This document shows positions 46,284 through 58,968 of a DNA stretch of 64,000 nt, in pieces. The stretch lies in NCBI GenBank assembly GCA_010093815.1, contig ML996575.1; one strand, written 5' to 3'. This DNA comes from Pseudovirgaria hyperparasitica (taxonomy: Eukaryota). How positions within the stretch are numbered: position 1 is the first letter of the stretch; every line of letters begins with the position of its first letter. The notes under the pieces were generated by a model. That model was not told where the DNA came from. It did not search any database and was given only the letters and a program-made list of their open reading frames with translations. Made by a program: the position numbers and the translations under genes.

Positions 46284-49200
46284 TCATCGTCTTCCTTGAT
46301 TATTGTATCGATTTTGTTGTTGCGCCTGTTGAGCATCCCAACTAGCACCGTAGGCTTGTGGTAGTATTTGCTGAGAAGCATAAGTGGCAGGACCTCCACC
46401 TTGAAACTGCTGTGGCGTTCCGGGACTGCGACCTGGCGTAGATGGACCGTAGCCATACTGATGATTCTGTTGCGCGTTCGTGAAGTACCCTTGAGACTGA
46501 TTCTGGTTTGGAAAGCCGTACAATGAGGGAGAGCCGGATTTCTGTTGGATTCCTTGACCGTAAGGAGGTATAAACGGCTGTGGAGAGAACGGTTGCTGCT
46601 GGACTGGGACACCCATGTTCATCATAGCCGGATTTTGCTGCATCAGCATGCTCATGTTCCCAAGACTGTTTGCGCGCATATGCTGCTGCATGGCGTGTTG
46701 CTGTTGTTGGAGCATCTGTTGTTGCCGTTGCTGTAGAGCATTCTGAACCAATGTGCCACTGGAGCTCCGACTCTGGAGAATATCGCGTTTTTCCCTTTCG
46801 CGAGCCTCAATAGCACCAACCAGTCCAGATGACTTGGGTCGTTGTAGCTGCTTTGTTTGATCAAGCTCGATCAAAGGTGTGCCAGTGGCGCGAGCTACGT
46901 ACTCTTGCTCTCGAGCAGATAGCTTAGCCGACTCGGTGTTGACCAAGCCTTGAGGGTTCAGCATGACAGATGCACCCCGAGAGTGAGGTCGTAATGGCAC
47001 GCGGTCTGTCGGGTTTCTTTGGTAGCCGGCCGTCAACTGAGACCAGTCTCCAGAAACTGCCCGGCCTGTTGGATGGAAACCACCACCATTAAGATTGTTG
47101 ACTTGACCAGACGCCGGGGAGACCCGAGGCGGAAGATGAGGTTGGGAAGCAGCAATCGCTCGTTGTTGAACCCACTCTTCAGCACTGAGACTAGGTTTAC
47201 TCTGGTGCCCTGCCGGCGAGCCTGCAGGTGACGTGCCCATCCCTGGCTGCCATATCACGCTGCGCCGCTTGTCCAGTGCAGGGTCGCTGTCATTAGGAGA
47301 TGGCTGTCCTGGACTACCACCACCAAAATACGACAGACGGTTGGCGCTGTCAGGTGTCACAGCACCACCCATAGCACTCAATCGTTCCCTCGATCGTGAG
47401 CGTGATCGATCGTGAGCCGACTGCATCATAGTACCGCTGGTGCCCGGTCGCGACTTGGGTTCAGGTTTCAGGGCGTAGGTTGGCCCGAAATCGATTGTTG
47501 GCATGCCCAATTCTGCTTCAGTCTTTGGCTTCGTACCATATTCCATGTCTCCCACGATGACAGGCTTTGCTTCTACTTGACCGACAGTTCTCAACACGCC
47601 CGTTCTAGGTCTATCGTAGTCCCTGGCTGGAACCGCAGGTACAGGTTTTCTGATGGTAGACTTCATGCTCGCGTGGTCTGTGCTGGCGTAATCTGTAGAT
47701 GCTAATGACTGGTTATCGTAATTACTGCTCGAATAGCTAGGTGCTCTAGCAAGTACCCTTTCGCGCTCTCCGAGGCGATCTAGAGCTTCCGGCTCGATTA
47801 CATTGCTTCGTAAACTGTTTAGACTTGAGCTTGTTGGCGCCGAAGGCGCGAGTGCTTCAGCGTTTAGTGGTGACCGACCTGGAACTGGTTTGCGTTGAAC
47901 GCCCGGATTGTTCAGAGGGCGACTTGGCGCATCCTCGTAAACCTCCTCCCCGTGCGACACACCAAGAGGATTGGTATTCGCAATATCTTGATACTCCTGT
48001 GGAACGCCATGTTCGGGTACTGAAGGCGCAGTAGGCTCATAGTTGGCCATCGCGGTCGCAGTAGGATCGCTCTGCTCGATGAATGGGGAAGCAGGGATGG
48101 TGGGCAGTCTGTTATTTCGCGGCCCTAATTGATCTTGATGGAAGGCTCGCTGATCTGGGCGAAGGCGACCGCTCCGATCCGAGTCGCCACTGCGACGACC
48201 TTCCCTAGCTTCGAGGCTTGACTTCCATGCTGCTGCCGCTCCAGCCGTCGAGTAGTTTGACGAAGGAGCATTGCTAGCATCTGCCATTTGCTGCAGTGTT
48301 GCAGAATCGACATTCGATGTTGCACGGCGCAATTCCGGGGAGGTATGCGGCATTGGCGTTGGTTTCTCAGTGGGCTTGTGCGTCATTGCGGGCGGAATGG
48401 CCACATGGGTCGGAGGAGGGGTACCCATGGCGACAGCCTCCAGCTCTGGTGGAACGACAGGCCTTGCGACGCCTTCATCGCCTGTTTCATAACCGTCGGG
48501 CAGTGACGCTTGGCTACCGCCTTGACCAAGATATCTAGGCGGGGACGGATTCTCGTATGAGGTGCGACCATTCATGTCATACCTCTTTGCTTGGTACTGA
48601 CTTTCCGAAATCGAACGCTGATGTTTAGGTCCGGCGAAGCTGATGGGCGGAGCAGAATCGGTTCTCCTAGGAGGTGCGGCAATATATTCTTCACGGGAAG
48701 GCGAACTTCGGCGAGTGCTTGGCTGAGACAACGCGGTACCGTTCTCGTTGAAACGCACTCCGGCGCCTCTGCCAGACAGAGTGTTTCGCCGGTTCGTCGT
48801 TGAGCTCTGCTCACGCGACGGTCCCGAAGTCATCCGGGTAGAAGTCAATTCCTTCATTTGCTTCCTCCACTGGCGTTCATTCCACGTCTTCGAGCCGTCT
48901 TTGAGAATCAAGCTTGCGACATCCCATAGTTCTAGGTAGCCATATCTGCGATCTTTTGGCATGCCAAACATCAATCCTCGAGTATCGAGAGGCTCGGCCA
49001 CCAAACGATTAGGACGGCCATACAGGGCAAACGTGTCGAAGACCGGGAAGAGGAAGCGCATCATGATCTCGAAACCGGATACAGCAGGATGAGATTCGGG
49101 CATGACAAAGACGAAGCCTTCGGTTGTAGACTCTGGCTTGGAGTGAATCGTGATCTGACCTTCAATCTTGACCAAGGTAGATTGGTCGATGAGAGGCTTA

Positions 49201-50589
49201 GACTGCGGATATATGGCGTATGCTGAATATGCTTCGGTGATGGTGGCGATCGGCCGAGTCCTTTTTGTAACCTTCTTGGTTTCGTAAAACCTGATGTCGC
49301 CCTTTAACACAGGCTGTGACTTATCATATGCGCCGCGCTTCTTCATGGTCTTTTGCAACTTTGCGTACTCTTTCTCGTCTGGAGGATTGACAACACACCA
49401 GCAACGGCGCCATGGAGTACCAGCTCCAAACCGCACCCTTGCCCAATCTTCGTGTTTCATTCTTGTGCGCTCCATGATGTCGCGAATGTTGTTCAACGTC
49501 TTGCCCTTGCCAGCAATCAAAGAACCGGTATAGGCCTCTTGGAGGGCTGTGTGTTCGTACATGGCCAGGCGAATGCCAGAAGTCCATTGAGTCAAGGAGT
49601 TGAGAGAGTTGAAGTGTAGGAGATATCTGTTGTTCGCAGCTGTGGAAACACTCAGGACGTTCTGCAGAGTCTGGCCTGTCGTACTAGACCCAGTCATGGG
49701 TAACGAAGGAATCTGTATATATTAGCACGAGCCCTGTGTAGATGAAGCAGTTGCCAAACCATCTTGATTGAAGCATCAGCCAAATTGATAAAGGTCGGAA
49801 TGACTTCGCCATCTGCACCGGCAACATCGAGCTGAGCAGCATCCCAAAGAGACACCACAGTGCCAGAAAGCTGGGCAAACACTTCAGACCATTCTCTGTT
49901 TGGGCTCGGGCGTCCTCCTAGCAGCTTGTCAGCTTCGGGTGTCTTCGATTTGTAGAAGCTGTGAGTGAACTCTTACTTGTGTCCAGATCGTGCAGCATCA
50001 GAAAGTAGCCCTCTTGATATAGTTTGTTCGAATGGCTGTTCAAGTATGTAAAGATGGGCATCAGCTCGGGTAGAGTATCTTTTTCGAGCGCCATGACTGG
50101 AGGATGATAGGTCTGGATCATGGACAGCGGACGCGAAGACCGCCTCTGCGAGATATCGTCTGTATAAGACTCGGAGCGAGAAGGACGGTGACGAGGAGAG
50201 GAGCGAGGGCTGAGCGGAGGAGAGGTAGAAGCAGCTTCGGGGAAGAGAGCGTCAACATCAGCATTAGTTGTGGAAGGCGCGACCTTCTGGGGCGAGGAGG
50301 AGGAAGATGGGGAAGGAGCGTCGTCAGCAGGTGAAGTAGCAACGTTGGTGGAGGGAGGTAAACGCGGTCCACCCCATTGGGAGATGAAGGAGAGCACTGC
50401 AGTGTCCGCCCAGTTAGCTTATATGGCCCAAAGTTGCACGAGCTGCTGCTGTTGTCCACCCAGGTGAGCATAGTCCGGGGACACTGACACCCACCCGTCA
50501 CAACGCGGAGCAGTGTAGAGTAGAGTAGAGCAGCAGAGACGCGAGGATCGACGGGGTTGCACGTTACCTCTGGCACGCCCGGGAGCCAT
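46284..50589 (-). CDS. SKG3/CAF120-like PH-domain protein (4 exons)
   Basis: Exon 1 ATG 50589 (MAPGRAR) is spliced through intron 50567-50397 to VLSFISQWGG. Then TLPELMPIFTYLNSHSNKLYQEGYFL, W-ECFAQLSGTVVSLWDAAQLD...PTFINLADASIK, LQNVLSVSTAANNRYLLHFNS, HEDWARVRFGAGTPWRRCWCV and YAIYPQSKPLIDQSTLVKIEG. Gln-rich tail. Confidence 0.85.
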
Positions 50590-53196
50590 GTTTGGGCGAG
50601 TTGGAAGCCTGGAAACCGGGGGAGAGGGAGTAGGTAATGCACAAGGCTACACGAGATTGGGAGTGACGGAGTTTCAGCGATAGGCGAATGAGAAGAAGAA
50701 AAAGGGGACAACGTGATCACGTATCACGTAGGGCTCGGTAGCTATGTATAGTATAGGTGGATGCAGCTGGAATCAGGGCTCCAGGCTTGCTGCTTCTATA
50801 CCGACACCGACACCGACCAAAGACCAGATGGATTATGTATGACGGAGGAGCTGCAACCAGGATCAGCCAGGCCGGACAGGCGGATGGCGCGGAACGAGCA
50901 GTAGTCGGACGGGGCTCACAAAAGACCAAAAGACCAAAAGACTGCTGGAGAGGAGGGAGGATGTGTGGGTAGTGTTCGATTGGCAAGCAAAGAAAGAAGA
51001 AAAGGATTGGTTGCTTGATTGATTGGGAGGGAGGATGAGTTTGCCAGCCAGCGTGCGTCGTGACGGACAATTGACACGAGACGCGAGAAGACAAAAGGCG
51101 TGTGTGTGTGGGTGGGTGCGACAGAAGCAAAAAGGGAAAAAAAGGATATAGAGGTCTTATTGTATTTATTGGTCCAGTAAGTAGCAGTAGCAAGTAGCAT
51201 CATTACATATTGAACGAGCGAGAGAGAGACTTTGCCCAGTTGGGCGGTGGTTCGGTCTTTTTAACGCGCGGCGAGAATGAGAATGGGTTAACAATTCACA
51301 GGTCAACAGTATCAGGGCGGGTCTCTTTTAACGGTTCCCTACCGGCTTCAGTGCTTTCGACTACAATTATACTAACTACACTAGGCATGTCCGGCCTAGC
51401 TGCAAGTCGACGCCAATACATGGTGGTGATCATGACGACGCGCATACACACACGGACGTGACTCGAGGACATGATTACATACAGTCCATGCTTCGCTTCT
51501 TTGACTGAGCCGCCGCTGGACAATGGACAGACAAGTGAAAGTGAAACAGATCTCGTGCTGCCATGACGCCTCTCAAACAAAAAGTATCAACTGCGCCCTC
51601 CTCTCTCCTTTGTCAGTCTGTACATATATCCATGGACAGACAAACCTAAGTGGTCACCGTCCAGCCAAGCAGACAAAAGCCTCGGCGGCTGGCGGTGCTC
51701 ACTTGCTGACGACTAATATCGAATGGATGGAGAGAAAGGGACCAACAACAAAAGATCTAGGTGGGACTGGCAACAATTAATTACTGGGTCGCTGGAACTG
51801 CTGGGAGAGGAACTGGCTGGAGATGCGAGGGCATGGATGGCATTGACGCCGCTCCATCGCATCCGGCACACACGCACACACACACACACAGCTGATGCTG
51901 CCACCCAATAATCAAAAAGTATGAATACGTCGTATCCGCTCGCTGCTTTGCGTATATTCTCACATAATCGCCATCCTCTCTTGACAACCAACTCGCGACT
52001 CATTCATCGTCTTACGCGCCAGGATGGATGCTTGCCAGTCGCCACGCGCTCTCTCTCTCTCTCAATGGAAGAAGACACAGACATTCATTACTCAAGCAGC
52101 GCCTCTTCATCATCATCATCATTCATCATCATCACAAACCTACCACTACTACTACTCCGCCTCCTCCAGGACTCCCAGTCCATTTCTGCCCAGACTCTCG
52201 AATGTATGTATGTACGTACACAGTACAGCAGCTCTCAGGCGCAGGTTCTAGTTAGCAGACATGTCCCACGTGTTGCACCACCACCTCTCTCCCATCATCC
52301 CAGCCAAGCCCAGCATGCGTGAGACCCTTTTCCCCGGGTGTTACCTTGTACCCTCGTACCCTACCTACCTATCTACCCCAGCACAAGCAAGTAGGGCCGG
52401 TCCCCTCACCTAAGAATGCCTTTCAGACTATCAGGCTTTCAGCAGGTAATCAAGTGATTATTAGGTCCAGCGTCAGTCTCGCCAGAAAGAAATGATTGCA
52501 TCGCACCGGGGCGGGCAACTAAACGATCGCAATCGTCATCGTCATCGTGACAGCCACGCAAATCTTACTCGTACTCAAAAAGCCACAGCCAGCGCCATTC
52601 GTTTACCGCCAGCCACTATCTCGTCTTTTCTTCCACGCGCTACCGCAGCACGGCCTGAGCCGCTTCCGTCCACTACTGTCCCGATGTGGAATGGGCGGTG
52701 CACGTGATGAGGCTCGGTTGAAGAATGGATCGTAGCTGGGCCGTCTGGGCAATAAATAATTAATGTATAGGTTAGCCGTTCTTGTTCCATCGTCATCGTC
52801 ATCATCACCATCATCAAATCTTCCATGCGACGATCTGGAGACTTGATATTGCAATTTCGATTCTTGTCCACCATCGTCACGGCACTGGAGGTATCACATA
52901 CCCGGCGTGTGGAATGCTGAACAGGCATACCCGTCACTGGCTGCTGCCACCGTGGACGAGTATGACAATGATCCAGTCCGTCACCTTGCCAAGAAGCCGT
53001 CAAGTAGAGGCATAATCCACGTAGAGCACGACGAGATGGGTCAGAGTAGATAACATCGTCCTCCACAACATCAAAAACACACAAATCCCATCTAAGTACA
53101 CAAGATAACATTCTAAAAGTCCATGCGCCCAACACCGTCTTCTTGTAACACACTCGTCACAACCATCACCATCACACCTCAGGCATACATCACACT

Positions 53197-53307
53197 TACC
53201 ACCACCACCACCACCACCACCACCACCACAACCCACTACTACACATCACCATCATCACCATCATCACCATCATCACCATCATCACCATCATCACCATCAT
53301 CACCACC
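53197..53307. repeat. Compound (CAC)n / (CATCACCAT)n microsatellite
   Basis: A run of ACC/CAC triplets followed by about 6 copies of the 9-mer CATCACCAT, read directly. Confidence 0.85.
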
Positions 53308-54181
53308 AGCACACCCACCACCCCATCATTTGTCCCGCTTATACTCGTCCACAAACGTCCAGCCCTACAGCGGAACACCCCGGCAAACACACACAACATA
53401 CACACGCCAGACACGCGTCATGACATAAGCATGGCTACAATCTGGTGCGGGGCCCATACGTCCACTTACTATCTGATCCACGAGAGCGGACGTGTTAGTA
53501 GTGGTGGTGGTGGTGAGAAAGTGTTATATAGTTCTTGGATTCTATTTGAGGCCTTGGGGGTCTGCTGGGTATGTTTGCTGGGTATGTATATATGTGTGAC
53601 TGCCCATGCATCTCGGTCTATCCATACCGTGCACTAATTACCGTCATGCCTTCCCAAAGCAGATCTACAAACCACATATTAAAACAGGCAGTCACACATC
53701 CAACCAGCCAGGCAAGCACGACCCAGACACCTACCCAATCCTCCTCCTCCATCACCACCATTCACAACACCCTTATTACCTAATACCCCAACGCACCTAC
53801 CCGTCCATCCATCCCACGCCTTCCCAATACTATAACTAGTCCTATATAAAACTATCCCCATACATCCTCCTTTCGCACATCTGCATGAATTCCTCGGAAG
53901 AAAGACTACGGTCTGCATGCCAGAATTGGCAATGTGTACATAAGCTACAATAGCCAATGCATGCTGTGTGTGTGTGTGTGTCTCTCTCTTACAAGCAGAT
54001 TCGCAGATGGGCGTTTGAGACACGTTCAACTCACGGAATGGTGGTGGTGGTTTTTCTTAGTGATGATGATGTATAGCGATGGATTGTAATGGTGATGACG
54101 GTGATAATAATGTCCATCAAACATATTATATCCAAGCATCCCCATCTCCATCCTATCCATCCATCTACACCCCCCTACCCC

Positions 54182-55216
54182 CTACCGCCCCATCATCGCC
54201 CTCCCAATCTCACTCCGCCACCCCTCCGCCCGCTCAAACCCATTCGAACACGTCGAGTAGTCCCTCAAAGCCTGATACACCTCCTCCCGACTGCCCAGCA
54301 CAAACGGGCCATACTGAACCACCTCCTGGTCGAGCGGCACGCCCGCGACAAGAATGAAATGCCCCGTCTCCGCCGCATCACCCGGCACCTCCGCAAGCAC
54401 CGTGTCGCCGCGCTGCTCAAACACGACGTTATGGTGCTGCGGCACCGTCTGCTGCCCACCGCCCTGTCCATCCCCTCCCGCGCCACCAAACACCGTCGTC
54501 CCCGCAATCGTATACGCAAACGCATTCCACCCCACCGGCAACGCCTGCACGATCCTCCCGCCCGGCCGAATCCTCACATCCAACAGCCAAACCGGCGTAT
54601 ACGCCAACTCCCTCACCGAATCCACGCCATGCGACCGGCCCGAAATCACCCTTACCTCCACCCTCCCCGCATCAACCACCACCCGCGGAATCTCCCCTGC
54701 GCGCAGGTCCCGATACCGCGGCTCGCACATCTTCAACCGCCGCGGCAGGTCAACCCACAGCTGCAAGCCCACATTCACATTCACATTCGCACTGCCGCTG
54801 CCAATACCATCCGCACTCTCCGTCTGCCGCGGCATCTCCGCATGCACAACCCCCCTCCCCGCCGTCATAAACTGCAAATCGCCCGTCTCGATAGTACCCC
54901 TATTCCCCGCAAAATCCTCGTGGTCGACGGCGCCAGCGAGCAGATACGTGATCGTCTCCTGGCCGCGGTGCGGGTGGTCGGGGAAGCCGGCGCCCGGGGA
55001 GATGGAGAAGTGGTCGAGCATGAGGAAGGGGGAGAGGCGGCGGAGCTTAGGCGAGCCGATGGAGCGGCGGACGCGGGCGCCGGCGCCTTCGGATTGTTCG
55101 GTTGCGAGGAAGGAGAGGGCGATTTTGCGGGGGGTGGTTTCGTGGGGGGGGTTGGTGAGGGAGGGGGAGGCGGGGGGGATGGTGGGGAGGTTGGGGAAGG
55201 GGGGTGGTGGGCTCAT
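54182..55216 (-). CDS. PRN1: Pirin (bicupin, iron-binding)
   Basis: EQSEGAGARVRRSIG, SPFLMLDHF, GFPDHPHRGQETITY, DLQFMTAGRGVVHAEMP, GLQLWVDLP and VVQYGPFV. Intronless ORF. Confidence 0.93.
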   Translation of the reverse strand: MSPPPPFPNLPTIPPASPSLTNPPHETTPRKIALSFLATEQSEGAGARVRRSIGSPKLRRLSPFLMLDHFSISPGAGFPDHPHRGQETITYLLAGAVDHEDFAGNRGTIETGDLQFMTAGRGVVHAEMPRQTESADGIGSGSANVNVNVGLQLWVDLPRRLKMCEPRYRDLRAGEIPRVVVDAGRVEVRVISGRSHGVDSVRELAYTPVWLLDVRIRPGGRIVQALPVGWNAFAYTIAGTTVFGGAGGDGQGGGQQTVPQHHNVVFEQRGDTVLAEVPGDAAETGHFILVAGVPLDQEVVQYGPFVLGSREEVYQALRDYSTCSNGFERAEGWRSEIGRAMMGR

Positions 55217-55786
55217 GGTTGAGGAGGTGGATTGATGGGTTGTGGGCTTTGGGATTGGGTGCTTTGAGGGCTGGGGTTTGGTTGGTGAGGAGTGGGCGTA
55301 GTCTGTGGGTTATTGTAGAGGCCGTGGTGATGTCTGGTATGGGTAGCTTTGCTTGGTAGAGATCGAGCGAGCTGCGATGATGATGACTGTTGAAAATGCA
55401 GAAACGAGAAGCCTCATCCGGGCAATGGTGGGTACTCATAGATGGGCGTTGAAGAACGAGAAGATGGTGGAAGCTTCATGGTTTGATGCCAAAGGGTTTG
55501 AAAGACGTTATCAATGATACTTGCCGGCGCCGGAGTGTGGAGACGAGGCTAGTTCAGCGATGACAATTGCTGATCAATAGGTTTGGAGGGGAAATGGAGA
55601 TGCATTTGCTGCCTTGATGCCTGGTTAGTCAGACACAAGAACGTTCCGACTGTGGCGCAGATCATTCCCGTGAAAAAGCCTTCATTCGTCTTTGTTATAT
55701 GCTATCATACTTCTCAGACTGACACCCATCATCCCCATATGCGCCGCCCAGCCGGGAATACGTGACCTACTCCACCAATCCCACCA

Positions 55787-56044
55787 TCAGCAGTCGCCTC
55801 TGTCGTAGCAATCCCGATTCCGCACAGCCCTGACAACAAACACAATAACTACTGCAGCGCAACCCCCGATGACGACAAAGCAGCAGAGCAAAGCAATCGC
55901 AACCTTCCAGGGACTCCAGTCTCGTAACTTTGGTGTGATTTGATAGAAGCGGCCAGAGCCCTTTTCGGCCGGAATAAACACTGGTCCGGTATATGTCGGT
56001 GGGATTTGATTCTCGTTCTGCATCGTGTTGACTCGTCTCGGCAT
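55787..56044 (-). CDS. Putative small single-pass membrane protein (85 aa)
   Basis: The ORF has one clear hydrophobic helix (WKVAIALLCCFVVIGGCAAVVIVFVV) followed by basic residues, and sits in an otherwise empty gap between genes. No homology recognised. Confidence 0.45.
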   Translation of the reverse strand: MPRRVNTMQNENQIPPTYTGPVFIPAEKGSGRFYQITPKLRDWSPWKVAIALLCCFVVIGGCAAVVIVFVVRAVRNRDCYDRGDC

Positions 56045-56674
56045 GTCTGGTAACGTGTATGGGCGGTTGAAAGATCGGAGACCTCTTCAAGATAGTTGTC
56101 AATACGATTTTATGGGTGACGTTTCTGTCGTGTTGTATCCGAAGTCGTGTTATGCGGAGGTTGGGTAGTGTAATGGTATAGCGAACAGCTCAAAATCAAC
56201 ACAAAGCGTCCCAGATGTAACGGCAGAAACTTTGTGAGGCAGTCTACCAAGGGCGGCTTTACATATCATACCAACATCAAAGAGTGCAAGCTACAAGGCT
56301 CTGGCCCCCACTCACTGTTGAAAGGTCAGTGGTGCTCCGCTATTGGCTTGCGAGGCGCAGCAGCTTTGTTTTGGGGGCCTTTCTCTTAAAGCATGAACTT
56401 GAATGAATCTGCAGAGGTCCGAGCGTAAGCTTGCGCCTGATCAGATCTTCATGAATGATACAAAGAGGAAAGCATTCCATTCCTGCGAGTGGACTCTCAA
56501 ATGGTAGATGAAGAACCAACTTACGAGTATGCAGCATACTACGTGGGGATAGCGCCTTCGCAGACGAAGATATAATTTTTGTCTTCTTATAACATCAGGT
56601 TGCGCGCCCACACTGGCAAACCTTCTTCATCTTGAATGCATCGCCAATAACTGCCAGTGCCACGATACTCAAAA

Positions 56675-57463
56675 TCAGTAGTCAAGCTCGATCTTGCTCT
56701 CAGTCGTCTGGTCAAGCTCACGGGCGATGCGACGTGGTGTTGGTTCGGCCCTGTCCAACGCCCTCTGCGCCTTCTCCTCTGTCTCAGCTTCCCTGCGATG
56801 CTTGTGCCGCTGCCTCGCCTGCTTGCGCTTCAGCCTTTTCGAGACTGTCTTCTGAAAGATGTTCGTTGATCGCTGACCATCGGCATCGCGACCATACGAG
56901 GAGGGCGTCGAGATCGGGGTCACTGCAGCCGCACCGGCCGAGATATCTTCATCACTGTTTTCCAATTGATTGTCTGTCCTCGTCTCTGTCTGAAGGCTTG
57001 TTTCTTGCTCAGCATCGAGCTGATCCGTCGTCTCACGTGACTCTGCACTTGGAATGGAATCATGATGAGACGAAGCCGCATCCTTGTGCTTAGCAACGAG
57101 CATTTCGGCCGCCTTGCGTTTCTGCTCTACACGGTTCGCATTCCGCCTTTTGTTCCGCTCGTAGTTCTTTTGCCTCTTGGCAAGGATCTGCTTGACTTCT
57201 GAGCTTCTGAAAATGGCGATTTGTTCATCTGTGAGTGTGCGTTTCACGCCGTCGTCGTAATAGCCCAGTCCATCGTCGTCGTCATCATAGCGGTATTCAT
57301 CATTCCATTGCTCGTAGAAGAATGATTCCGGCAGAGATGCCGATGGGAAATGCACGAGTCCAAACTGCCTGAGATCGTCCTGCCAAATCTTAGCAAGTCA
57401 ACCTACCTGGAGCTGCAGTCGACGTACTTCAGTCACCGTGGGAATATTGAACGTAAGGGACAT
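56675..57463 (-). CDS. DUF3807-family protein (2 exons)
   Basis: MSLTFNIPTVTE, then an intron (GTACGT...GCTAAG...CAG), then DDLRQFGLVHFP. Contains the family signature DDGLGYYDDGVKRTLTDEQIAIFR-SE and a C-terminal RRIARELD...LDY. Confidence 0.82.
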
Positions 57464-57748
57464 GGCGGAGATATAGACCTAAATCACCTCCGCTGCCCTC
57501 CTAACGCTCTATTCTCAGGATGTTTCGAATACTGTAATTATGGCGTGGTTGGTTCTAAGAAAGGAAAGGCGACGAATCGACGCACATAACAAGCGCCTAC
57601 ACCAAAAGAAACGCGTTTTAGTCCGTAACGGGTTAGCGCGTAACCTCAAGTGCCGCGTGGGTCAGTCCATGATGACGTCGGACGTTCCACCTCACGACTC
57701 CAGCCTGGAAGCATCAATGCAAAACACAGAAGACAACCCGCTGTAGCC

Positions 57749-58431
57749 ATGAAACACATACAGCAGCTCCTTCCACTCACCCTCCTGTGCTTTACCCTCA
57801 CCGCCACAGCGCGATACCCACCTCCCTCCGCGCGACACAAGACCCTCGAGAACCCCGCCATCAAACCCAACCAGCAATTCCTCCATCCTCCTCAAGCCGC
57901 AATGCCACCCAGCGACATCGCGGCCGGCGTATACATCTCCGACGTCATCGGCAAGACGCAAGATATCGCCATCTTCAGCTCGCTCACTCGCGACATCGAC
58001 AGCGTATCGGGGCGGCTAGAAGACTCGTCGCAAAACGCCACCGTCCTAGCACCCAGCAACAGCGTGATGAGGAGTCTGCCACGAAAGCCATGGGAGAACC
58101 CTGGCGATTATGGAACCTACGGCTCCGATGCGTATAGTGGGCAGAGTGGCGAGGACAGAGCGCAGGCAAACTTGAGGAAATTCGTGGAGGCACATGTGGT
58201 GCCTGTGAGTCCGTGGACCGAGGGCGAGAAAGTGAAGACGTTGGCTGGGAATGAGATCTGGTGGGAGGTTAGGGATGGGAAGAAGATTGTAAGTGCTTGA
58301 TAGCTACTCTACAGGAATGCTGGCTAACGAGCCTCTAGATCAACCCCGGAAGCGTCGAGGTTTCCAGTATTGCTGATAAGGTTGGTAATGGGGAAGTCTG
58401 GATCCTCAATGGAGTTGTCAATTACCAATGA
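57749..58431 (+). CDS. Secreted FAS1 (fasciclin) domain protein, YDR262W-like (2 exons)
   Basis: Signal peptide MKHIQQLLPLTLLCFTLTATA, then ISDVIG, NATVLAPSNSVMRSLPRKPWE and NLRKFVEAHVVP. After intron 58289-58338: INPGSVEVSSIADKVGNGEVWILNGVVNYQ*. Confidence 0.87.
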
Positions 58432-58968
58432 CCGCTCAACCCTTTTTTACGTTCACGATTGCATTATAGAAGGGCGTTTGTCAGGGGGACTATTGATATC
58501 ACCGTAAGACAACCCGGGCTGTTGTTGGTAAGCACGGCATGTGTAGGCAGTGTTGCGGCTTCTATAGCCATGACCAATTACCACTGTTACAAGGAATGCT
58601 AAGATTCTAGCACAGCGACTACACAGATGTTCTCGTATATAGACTTCTCATTATCTAATGGCACAGAAGACAGCCAATCATGTAAGACCATTCTACTTCC
58701 AGACCTGGCCTCCTGCTCTGAGTAATGCGCAGCGCACCATTCCGCCCGCCGATCACACAAACATCCATACATTGACAGATATGTAATCTGGAGCATATGG
58801 TCTCTCGTATAATAAATAGATGGTGCCAAACACAGCACGAAGCAGGGAACCCCACCTCTCCTCACCTCGGCTCGTCTCAACTCCCCATGACCAATACCTG
58901 ATATCAACATGGTAGACGTATCAATGGCAATCGACCTCCAACGACCCGACAGCACCACCACCGCCAAC

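Noticed and set aside
50717..54030. Numerous short ORFs upstream of the CAF120-like gene
   Set aside because: SSR-rich low-complexity sequence with no consistent coding signal; most likely a long regulatory or intergenic region.
54089..55235. Long + strand ORFs (377 aa and 293 aa) antisense to pirin
   Set aside because: Shadow ORFs caused by GC-rich codon bias in pirin; no recognisable protein features.
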